64,000 bases of DNA, from assembly GCA_008690995.1 (NCBI GenBank), contig VRMN01000012.1, positions 62,001 to 126,000 on the forward strand, in the 5' to 3' direction. The DNA is from Porphyridium purpureum. Lineage: Eukaryota. A program made the translations under genes and the position numbers. Below are positions 1-8,809 of this stretch, piece after piece. Numbering within the stretch: position 1 is the first letter of the stretch; each line of letters starts with the position of its first letter. The notes under the pieces were generated by a model. The model was not told the origin of the DNA and did not search any database. It saw nothing but the letters and a program-made list of their open reading frames with translations.

Positions 1-846
1 TTGACTACGTGATCAACGCCGCCGTATTTTTGTAGGCACGTAGGAGCCGCGTACGCGTCGAATTCAAAGGCCGGCGGATCATCCCAGCGATACTTTCTTT
101 GGCCGTTCGGCAAAACGATTGCGTCTGTATCCCTCTTGAATAACTTGCAAGCTGTCCACTGGTGCTGTAACTGGCACCATGCCAACCACATGCGCTCGTC
201 CATTTCGGGTGCCCGCAACGGTCCTTTTTCAGCGTACAACGTGTGCTCGAAGAGCGTCACCGAAAGGCCGGCGCATTCTCGTGCGAGTTCCCAAAACTCG
301 TAGGCGTACACCAACCTCTTGTACTCAATATCGCTCATATTTATGACGCTGTTGTCGCCGAACGGCTTCTCATTGAGCTTTCTGCCGTGATACTGGGGGT
401 ACCCCTCGGTGCTGCGATTTGGGGCTTGCAAGCGAGCAATGTCGTACCCAGAAATCTTGTCCAATATATCTCTGAAGCGCACTCGCCACATTTGTCGTGC
501 AACGTCTCTATCCTCGTACGAGATCAACTTCTCGTCACTTTCAGTCAAGCGAAAGAAACCACGCACCGCCGGCATGGAGTAAGCGCGTACGCGAGGCAGA
601 AAGGACCCGACCAAATCTCGGTTCCATGTTCCGTACAGCGCTCGCTTCAAACCCGCGTCAGAATCGCTCCCACCCTCGCTACACATGACGTTCACCCGCC
701 CTCACGACACCTTCAAGACCGCAGCCTCTATGCTTGCTCACGTACGTGTCCAGCCAGCCCCTTTTTCCCTGCTCTCGGCGCCGCCCACGAGATTGGCGAT
801 GTCATGACCAGCGAAGATTATACAACTCGGGTTCACGTGGACCGCT

Positions 847-1086
847 TTGCCTACCGACAACGTAAGAAAGAGAGATCGCGAAAGTGTGATCGCTGGAAAT
901 TTGCGCGCACGCGGAAGAAGCGGAGCTGTGCTTGAGATGGCGAATCCGAAGCTGTACAGCGAGCTTGCGCCGAGCCAATCAGTTGAGTTCGCGCGCCGTG
1001 AACTTGTGACTGCGCTGATGGGACAGTACGGCGTAGGGAGCAACAAGGAATTGCAGCGGATGGTGCTGAGCGAATCGTGCTCGTAC
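847..1086 (+). pseudogene. 5' part of an ORF interrupted by the gypsy insertion (continues at 8327-8809)
   Basis: Removing 1087-8322 and one TSD joins ...ESCSY (ends 1086) in frame to EEETILRWVPAL... (starts 8327), giving about 240 open codons. Confidence 0.5.
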
Positions 1087-2132
1087 TGTCACGGGAGTAG
1101 CCCGTGTGTTAAGGAAATGATTAAAAATAGCCATAGTCCGTGGCCGGATACCTGGTCGCGCCGGACCCACTGTACTGTAGGTGTACAAGGGGGCGCGTGG
1201 TAGGCCTGAAGGCCCCTTCCCTTAGGGACCAGACGCGCGATGACCACCCAGTATGGAATGGGTGTACAGCCAGGAGGTGGCTGGAACCTTCTGGAAGGTT
1301 CTAGACTCAGCGACAGCAAGGCACTGTACCTCGGGGGTACAGTGGTCGCGATGGGTATAAAAAGACGCGCGGGTCGGCAACCAAGGGGGGGAGAGGGGGG
1401 TCGGGAGACAGAAGGAGTAAGGTGGATCTAAGTAAAAACAGGTGTATTCAAGGAAGCGTGTTCGGGCCTTGGGTACCTGTTGAGGGAGCGGGGGTACAGC
1501 GGGAGTACAGCGGGGGTACGGCGGGGGTACGGCGGGAGTACAGCGCGAGCGAGCGAGCGGGGGGTTTAACGGGGAAGGTTCGCGGATGCCCTGGGGTAAG
1601 GCGTCATTAGACGGTCCTTGTTCGGAAGTGGATCCGGGGGTGGTACGTGGGCGGGGGCGGATAAAGGAGTGATAGGCCGTTTGAAGCCGAAAGGTGAGGC
1701 AACCTCCTCCGGCTAACCCCGGCTGCCCACAACGCCTCCCCGGGTCCCGGATCACCGTAAGGTGTGGCCGAACGGGATCCCGGTTGGGCAGCGGACGCCT
1801 GGTTCCCCCGTTACGCGCGTCTTCCGTGTGTGTGCTTTTGGTTGGCTGTGCCTGCTCCGTGCGTGTGCTCTTGGTTGGCTGTGTCTTTCCCGTGTGTCTG
1901 CTCTTGGTTGGTTCTGTCGGTCCCGTGTGTGGGTGCTCTTGGCTGTTTGCGTGTGAACAGCGTGCGTGAGCGTCGTTGGTTCCGGGTTTCCTGCCTGCCG
2001 CAGGTCCAGTTGGCTGCGGGTGTCTTGTGTTTCCTCTTGGTTGCGTGGATTGTCCAGCTTGTGTGCGTGCGTGTGCCGCTTGGCTTGCTGTTGGGTGTGC
2101 CGCTGTGTCCTGGGCCAGCACGGTTCGTGACA
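1087..2132 (+). repeat. 5' LTR (1046 bp) of gypsy element 1
   Basis: Direct repeat of 7266-8322; TATA-like GGGTATAAAA near 1353; internal 11-bp and 33-bp tandem repeats. Confidence 0.97.
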
Positions 2133-2311
2133 TAATTTCCGGAAATTATCTTCCAGGATTGCGTGGCATCTGACGTTGGTGCGAGAGAGGGTGGGGTGTG
2201 GACGTGAGATCGGTCTTGATCTTGGACAAACTTGTGTCCACATTCTGATACGTACGGTCACCGAGTGAAGGATTGCGAGAGAGGATTCGGAGCAGGAACG
2301 AAGTCGCAAAG

Positions 2312-3253
2312 ATGGTGCGTGGCAGGAAGACGACGATGGGCTCAGACGATGCGCGAGAGCACGCGTCCTCGAGCGAGCTGGAACGTGCACAGGCTGGCGC
2401 GCTGGCACCAGAGCCGACAATGCCCACGGCTCGTGGTGACGAGATAGGAAGTCATGGGGTTGTGAGTGTTCAGCAGAAGGAAGAGGGTGTCCCCGCCATT
2501 GTGCGCGGCAAGATTCGTTCTCAACTGGGCCAGGCTATTTGTGACGCGGGCGTGCAGATTGAGAAGGCCGGTGATCCACTTTTTCTGACCGCCAAGATGG
2601 TCTGGTTCAATCGCCTGCGTGACATGGGAGAGGATCCAGATCAACATGTATCCTCGATTGATGCAGTTTTCCGCGGGGTGGGGCTGAGGAAATGCTACGA
2701 GGTCCTGTCGGAGTTGCACGGTGCAACAGCACAAGAGGCATGGGCGGCAGTGGCTGCTTACTTCTACAACAAGGAGCACGAGCGCGCCCTTCGTGCAGAG
2801 CATCACGATGTTGAGTATGTTATTGGCCAGGACCTGAAGAAATTCGTGGAGGTTCTGGAGGATCGCTGCACGGCTCTGGGAGAATCTGACACTCGCAAGA
2901 TTGAGGCACTTACGTTGGCGCTTCCGAAAAACTCCGAGCTGCGTCGTCAGGCCAGGACGTACGGCATACAGGGGAACTGGACCTTGATGAAGACTGCTCT
3001 GTTGGAGGAGGTTGGTCAGTATGGAACCTTTGGTGCGCTTGGCTCGCAGTACGGTGTAAGGGCAGTGAGGAAGCCCGAGCGCGTGCACCATTTGGGTAAC
3101 TTTGATGAAGCTGGGCTCCCTGGGTTGAATCCTCGCAAGCGACTGGTCAAGTGCTGGGAGTGCCAGGAGCGGGGCCACGTTCGCATGGAGTGCCCAAAGT
3201 GGGAGAAAAATAAGAGGCAGAGGACCGAAGAACGCCAGACAAAAAACGAGTAG
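2312..3253 (+). CDS. gag: Gag with C-terminal CCHC zinc knuckle
   Basis: ORF ending in CWECQERGHVRMEC; first ATG at 2312. Confidence 0.9.
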   Translation: MVRGRKTTMGSDDAREHASSSELERAQAGALAPEPTMPTARGDEIGSHGVVSVQQKEEGVPAIVRGKIRSQLGQAICDAGVQIEKAGDPLFLTAKMVWFNRLRDMGEDPDQHVSSIDAVFRGVGLRKCYEVLSELHGATAQEAWAAVAAYFYNKEHERALRAEHHDVEYVIGQDLKKFVEVLEDRCTALGESDTRKIEALTLALPKNSELRRQARTYGIQGNWTLMKTALLEEVGQYGTFGALGSQYGVRAVRKPERVHHLGNFDEAGLPGLNPRKRLVKCWECQERGHVRMECPKWEKNKRQRTEERQTKNE

Positions 3254-3276
3254 CGGGGGGATGCGAAGGCCCCCCG
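3241..3276 (+). promoter_or_regulatory. -1 ribosomal frameshift signal (A_AAA_AAC plus GC stem-loop)
   Basis: Slippery heptamer in the gag frame, 6-nt spacer, then a CGGGGGG/CCCCCCG stem; the -1 frame is open into pol. Confidence 0.85.
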
Positions 3277-3288
3277 GAATCTGAAGAA

Positions 3289-6200
3289 TTGTCGGAGGCA
3301 GTCCCACTGGGCTCGTATCCGTGGATAGACGTACAGGCTGAATGGGGAGGTCTGAAGGTTCGGACTACTGCGCTGGTTGATACGGGGGCTTTATCCACGT
3401 GGATGAACGACGATTTGGCTGACCGTCTTGGGCTTCTTCGCAGAAAGACCCACACACAGGCATTGGGCCCAACCAATGAGGTGTTGGGGGAGGCCGAGGA
3501 GAGCGTTGCCGTAATTTGGATTGGTGAGGGACTTCAGTCGGAGGAAAGCGTCCGGATTATGAGGAACCTCGGACCTGATCTCATACTGGGAATGCGTTTT
3601 CTTGCCAAGCATGTCAGTTGCTTGATCCCGGGAAGGGGTCTGGGCCTACGCTCGGGCGGATGGATTTCTTTTGTCAACCGAGACGTTTCCATTGCACAGG
3701 AAGCCGTGTGTCATACATGCCTGGAAAGACACAGGATCCTGGGATCGATGTATGAGGAAGCCAAACCCACGGTGCAGTTGGAGGCGGTGCACTATATTGC
3801 TGATGGAGCAGAAGTGAAGAAGCGAATCCAGGCCCTCGAAGAAAAGTATGCAGGTCACAACGAGGCTGTTTGTTCTACCATTGAAGCCAAGATCTTTGAG
3901 CATTTGGATGAAGCGCAAAGCAGGGAGATGAAAGGGCTCTTGAAGAAGTTTTGGGTTCTCTTCCGGCCGGAGCTGGGTAAGACAGACCTCGTCGAGCATA
4001 CGATTCGCATCAAGCCAGAGCGTTTGGAGGATCTCCCCAGGGCAAGGTTACGTCGCAGGGCTCCTGCGGTGACGCAGGCTGAGCGCGAGATGGTGCAAGG
4101 CCTGGTCGCCCGAGGAGTGCTGGAGCCGAGTTTGTCAGATGTGTCGAGCCAGAATGTCATGGTCAAGAAGCCGAATGGCGGCTGGCGTCTGACGACAGAC
4201 TTCCGAACGCTTAATGATGCGACTGTCAAAGATCGATATCCCATTCCGGACGTGGGAGAGATGATCGACTGGTTTGCATCGTGGAAGTTCAAGAGTATCC
4301 TGGATCTGAAGGATGGCTTCTTCCAGGTCCCTCTGGCCCCCGAGAGCCGACCATTGACAGCGATTATCACTCCGGACGGGCTGTTTCAATACTGCCGATT
4401 ACCTCAGGGTTGCTGTAATAGCCCAAGTACCTTCCAGCGATTGACAAATACGGTCCTGGGCCCGCTCAGGTACCTGAATGCATTGGTTTACATTGATGAT
4501 TTGGCAATCGGGACAAAGACGTTTGAAGAGCACTTGCAAGCGCTGCAGCGGGTGCTGGAGCAATTCTGCGCTGCGGGCTTGGTGTTCTCATTGTCGAAGT
4601 GCAGATTTGGGGCTTTAAGGGTCGAGTTTCTTGGACATGATATCGGCCTGGACGGTATAAGGCCGAGCCAGAGGAAGACGGAGGCTGTGCGAGCATGGCA
4701 GGAGCCGAGGAATGCAAAGGAACTGCAGCAGTTCATTGGGCTCGTGGGGTGGTTCCGCAATTTTATCGAGGGATTTGAGGAAGTCTGCAGACCTCTTAGG
4801 GATGCTATGAAGGGCCTTCAAATCAACGCCAAAGGAAGCAAGTGGAAGAAATACCCTATGAACTCGGCGGATTGGCAGGCACGATTTGGTGAGCCTCAGA
4901 GTCAGGCGTTTCTGTCGCTTCGGGAAGCACTCAGCGATCCAGAAACTGGAGATCGAAAGGTTTTGGCTGCATACGACCCAGAAGCAGAGCATACGCTGTG
5001 GACAGACGCTTCTAGCACTGGCTTGGGAGCAATGTTGACGCAGAGAGAGGGTACTGGCGATCGTCCAGTGGCATTTTACTCGAGGCTTCTGAGACCGGCC
5101 GAGCAGAACTATACCGTGACGGAGAAGGAGTGCTTGGCCGCCATTGCAGCCATGGAGCACTTCAGGCATTACTTGTACGGCAAACGATTCGTGCTCATGA
5201 CTGACCACAGCGCATTGAGCTGGCTCATGAGGCAAAAGGAGCCTCAAGGTCGGATTGCGCGATGGATTCTCAAGGTACAGGACTTCGACTTCCAGGTTCA
5301 GCATCATCCGGGCAAGGCGAATACAGTGGCAGATGCGCTTTCGCGTCCAGCTGTACGTATGAATGGGGAAGAGGCTCGGGTGGCGAGCGAGAGCAATAAG
5401 TCTGAGACTCTCAACAACACGAGCGAAATCGAGCTCATTGGACTGAATGCTGTTGAGGATGAGGAAGTGAAGCAGGTAGTTCGGTTGGCTAAAATGCTGA
5501 AGGAAGAGATTCAGGGTCCAGCTTCGGGGGCCGATGGGGATATGGTCCCTGTCACATCGGCCGGAGTGCGAGAGCTGCTGCTTCATACTGGCGAGCATAC
5601 AGAAGCGAACGATGCGTACACACCACCTTCGATGGAAGAGATCGTGGCTGCATACGCAGACGACACGGACATTCAGGAACAGTTGAAGAATCTGAAAGCA
5701 GACAAGCCCGAATACACGTACCCGGAGTACACCGTTGATGAGGATGGAGTCATCTGGGCTATGCTTCGCGATGAGTCCAGGGTCGTGATACCAAACGCTC
5801 TGGTGCAGCGCGTTCTGCATGTGTATCACAGCACGCCACTTTCAGGGCACCTTGGAATAGAAAAGACTGCAAAGCGGGTCTCGGATGCACGATACTGGTG
5901 GACCGGTTGGACGGAAGATGTTCGTCAGTTTGTTCTTTGTTGCCATGAGTGCTTTTCAAGGAAAACAAAGGCGCCCCCGAGAAGGGCTCGCATGCAAGTC
6001 TATCGCGCAGTGAGACGTTTCGAGATTGTCTCGATAGATGTTCTGAGTATCACACCGACAACAACTCGCGGGCACAGCAAAGTGGTAATCATGGTGGACG
6101 CCTTCACAAAGTGGGTTCGTGCCCATGCAGTCAAGGATGAGACTGCGGCTACACTGGCACGTGTTTTCCTAGACGGTTGGGTGTGCGATTTTGGACCGCC

Positions 6201-7026
6201 AGAGTCTCTGCTGTCCGACCGGGGACCGGGCTTTGTAGCCGACATCCTTTCAAAAATGTGTGAAAATCTGGGTGTAGGACGTATGCTTACGACAGCATAC
6301 CATCCGCAGACGAACGGGGTTGTGGAGCGCTTTAACCAGACAGTGTGTCAAATGTTGTCGGCATACGTGTGTGCGAACGGAAAAGACTGGGATCGCTGGT
6401 TGCCGGTAATGGTGTATGCGTATAATACAGCCCGGCATGCATCCACGAAGATGTCTCCGTTTGAACTGTTGTATGGTGAGCCGGCGCGGGACTGGGCGAG
6501 TATGGCGGGACCCAGAGCTGTTGAACAAGCAGATGACCTCGCGAAGAAGCTTGCTGCATGTCACGCCATTGCCAATAAGAATGCGAAGATCGCACAGGAT
6601 CGGTACACGAAGAACTATGATCGCCGAGTCAGGGAACATGACTTCAAGCCGGGCGACGTGGTGTACGTTTGGGCGCCGCCTTCAGGAGAAGGGCGCAAGC
6701 TGAAAAAGCCGTGGGTAGGACCACTATCCATCCTGAGAATGGTCGGGGTTCATGCAGTACTGTGCAGTGAAGGCCATCCTGACGGGAAGTTGGTCCACGT
6801 GAACCGGCTTGCTCGGGCCCACAAGGACCTCCTTGAGGCAAGTGGATCCCAAGTCTTGCAAGGAGAAGACGGCAGCTGGGCTATAGAGGCTATAGCCGGG
6901 GATCGGGTTGTGGGCGGACGCCGAGAGTACAGAGTTAGATGGCGAGGACTCGGTAAACGTGGGGATACGTGGGAACCTGAGCTCGCATTGCCACCAATGA
7001 TGGTGGCTGCCTACCGTGACGCGTGA
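3289..7026 (+). CDS. pol: Pol polyprotein (protease, RT, RNase H, integrase, chromodomain), probably made as a Gag-Pol fusion
   Basis: LVDTGA, LDLKDGFFQ, YIDD, TDAS/EKECLA/TDH, HHCC and SDRG/YHPQTNG, C-terminal EYRVRWRG...DTWEPE. Confidence 0.97.
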   Translation: MSEAVPLGSYPWIDVQAEWGGLKVRTTALVDTGALSTWMNDDLADRLGLLRRKTHTQALGPTNEVLGEAEESVAVIWIGEGLQSEESVRIMRNLGPDLILGMRFLAKHVSCLIPGRGLGLRSGGWISFVNRDVSIAQEAVCHTCLERHRILGSMYEEAKPTVQLEAVHYIADGAEVKKRIQALEEKYAGHNEAVCSTIEAKIFEHLDEAQSREMKGLLKKFWVLFRPELGKTDLVEHTIRIKPERLEDLPRARLRRRAPAVTQAEREMVQGLVARGVLEPSLSDVSSQNVMVKKPNGGWRLTTDFRTLNDATVKDRYPIPDVGEMIDWFASWKFKSILDLKDGFFQVPLAPESRPLTAIITPDGLFQYCRLPQGCCNSPSTFQRLTNTVLGPLRYLNALVYIDDLAIGTKTFEEHLQALQRVLEQFCAAGLVFSLSKCRFGALRVEFLGHDIGLDGIRPSQRKTEAVRAWQEPRNAKELQQFIGLVGWFRNFIEGFEEVCRPLRDAMKGLQINAKGSKWKKYPMNSADWQARFGEPQSQAFLSLREALSDPETGDRKVLAAYDPEAEHTLWTDASSTGLGAMLTQREGTGDRPVAFYSRLLRPAEQNYTVTEKECLAAIAAMEHFRHYLYGKRFVLMTDHSALSWLMRQKEPQGRIARWILKVQDFDFQVQHHPGKANTVADALSRPAVRMNGEEARVASESNKSETLNNTSEIELIGLNAVEDEEVKQVVRLAKMLKEEIQGPASGADGDMVPVTSAGVRELLLHTGEHTEANDAYTPPSMEEIVAAYADDTDIQEQLKNLKADKPEYTYPEYTVDEDGVIWAMLRDESRVVIPNALVQRVLHVYHSTPLSGHLGIEKTAKRVSDARYWWTGWTEDVRQFVLCCHECFSRKTKAPPRRARMQVYRAVRRFEIVSIDVLSITPTTTRGHSKVVIMVDAFTKWVRAHAVKDETAATLARVFLDGWVCDFGPPESLLSDRGPGFVADILSKMCENLGVGRMLTTAYHPQTNGVVERFNQTVCQMLSAYVCANGKDWDRWLPVMVYAYNTARHASTKMSPFELLYGEPARDWASMAGPRAVEQADDLAKKLAACHAIANKNAKIAQDRYTKNYDRRVREHDFKPGDVVYVWAPPSGEGRKLKKPWVGPLSILRMVGVHAVLCSEGHPDGKLVHVNRLARAHKDLLEASGSQVLQGEDGSWAIEAIAGDRVVGGRREYRVRWRGLGKRGDTWEPELALPPMMVAAYRDA

Positions 7027-7245
7027 CCAGTGGCGGAACCTCGGACACACCGGCCGGGTGGAGGGCCACGTGGACGGACGTCCTCTTCGAGTACTTACGT
7101 TGCCAAGACGGGCACACGAAGCCGATGGCCAGTGCACGGGCGACATCGAGCTTGAGACGTGGATGCCGGACGCGTCAAGCATTGGCATGTGCTGTAAGTA
7201 TGAAGTGACTCTCCGGAAGCTTCGGACCATGTGATACCTGACATT

Positions 7246-7265
7246 GGGAAGCGGAGAGGGTGGGA
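7246..7265 (+). promoter_or_regulatory. Polypurine tract of gypsy element 1
   Basis: GGGAAGCGGAGAGGGTGGGA directly before the 3' LTR. Confidence 0.8.
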
Positions 7266-8322
7266 TGTCACGGGAGTAGCCCGTGTGTTAAGGAAATGAT
7301 TAAAAATAGCCATAGTCCGTGGCCGGATACCTGGTCGCGCCGGACCCACTGTACTGTAGGTGTACAAGGGGGCGCGTGGTAGGCCTGAAGGCCCCTTCCC
7401 TTAGGGACCAGACGCGCGATGACCACCCAGTATGGAATGGGTGTACAGCCAGGAGGTGGCTGGAACCTTCTGGAAGGTTCTAGACTCAGCGACAGCAAGG
7501 CACTGTACCTCGGGGGTACAGTGGTCGCGATGGGTATAAAAAGACGCGCGGGTCGGCAACCAAGGGGGGGAGAGGGGGGTCGGGAGACAGAAGGAGTAAG
7601 GTGGATCTAAGTAAAAACAGGTGTATTCAAGGGAGCGTGTTCGGGCCTTGGGTACCTGTTGAGGGAGCGGGGGTACAGCGGGAGTACAGCGGGGGTACGG
7701 CGGGGGTACGGCGGGGGTACGGCGGGAGTACAGCGCGAGCGAGCGAGCGGGGGGTTTAACGGGGAAGGTTCGCGGATGCCCTGGGGTAAGGCGTCATTAG
7801 ACGGTCCTTGTTCGGAAGTGGATCCGGGGGTGGTACGTGGGCGGGGGCGGATAAAGGAGTGATAGGCCGTTTGAAGCCGAAAGGTGAGGTAACCTCCTCC
7901 GGCTAACCCCGGCTGCCCACAACGCCTCCCCGGGTCCCGGATCACCGTAAGGTGTGGCCGAACGGGATCCCGGTTGGGCAGCGGACGCCTGGTTCCCCCG
8001 TTACGCGCGTCTTCCGTGTGTGTGCTTTTGGTTGGCTGTGCCTGCTCCGTGCGTGTGCTCTTGGTTGGCTGTGTCTTTCCCGTGTGTCTGCTCTTGGTTG
8101 GTTCTGTCGGTCCCGTGTGTGGGTGCTCTTGGCTGTTTGCGTGTGAACAGCGTGCGTGAGCGTCGTTGGTTCCGGGTTTCCTGCCTGCCGCAGGTCCAGT
8201 TGGCTGCGGGTGTCTTGTGTTTCCTCTTGGTTGCGTGGATTGTCCAGCTTGTGTGCGTGCGTGTGCCGCTTGGCTTGCTGTTGGGTGTGCCGCGGTGTCC
8301 TGGGCCAGCACGGTTCGTGACA
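7266..8322 (+). repeat. 3' LTR (1057 bp) of gypsy element 1
   Basis: Matches the 5' LTR apart from three substitutions I could see and one extra 11-bp unit. Confidence 0.97.
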
Positions 8323-8326
8323 GTAC

Positions 8327-8809
8327 GAGGAGGAGACAATTTTGCGCTGGGTACCCGCTCTGAAAACCATCTTCAAGAGGTATGATACCATGGACGGAGC
8401 GAATCTGGCGTACGCCCGAAAGTTGCAAGTGACTGTCGGCGGTTCGACTCGAGGAAGTGGTCTACGAGTGAATGCAGGTTGGCCGCACGGCAGAGAAGTA
8501 CGACGCGGTGTCCGTCACCGACCGGAAAAGACGTCGGCGTATTGGGTTTGGTCACTCGCACACATCAATGCGCGACGTGCCGTACGGCAGGATCTGCGCC
8601 GCCGCGGTGTTGCAGTGGATGACCTTGGCGCCGCGGCGGCAGCAGAATATGAGTTCGACTTGGCGCCAGGAGAACAAGAAAACGTTTTGTGGTATGCATG
8701 GTGCGTGCTCAACGACGCGTACGCGTGCAACATCGTATTGATAAGGTCCAGCCAGGTACCTGGAAGCCGCCCGTTAGCGATGGACCATTGGGCACTCCCT
8801 TGCAGCTGA
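8327..8809 (+). pseudogene. 3' part of the ORF interrupted by gypsy element 1
   Basis: In frame with 847-1086 once the insertion is removed; overlaps the next ORF in another frame. Confidence 0.45.

Larger units (their letters stand above)
1087..8322 (+). mobile_element. Full-length Ty3/gypsy chromodomain-bearing LTR retrotransposon
   Basis: Two ~1.05-kb LTRs with TGTCAC...GTGACA ends; GTAC duplicated at 1083-1086 and 8323-8326; gag plus PR-RT-RH-INT-chromodomain; purine tract before the 3' LTR. Confidence 0.97.

Noticed and set aside
1222..2173. Several overlapping ORFs (up to 303 aa) here and at 7607-8428
   Set aside because: They lie inside the LTRs and arise from GT-rich tandem repeats that lack stop codons
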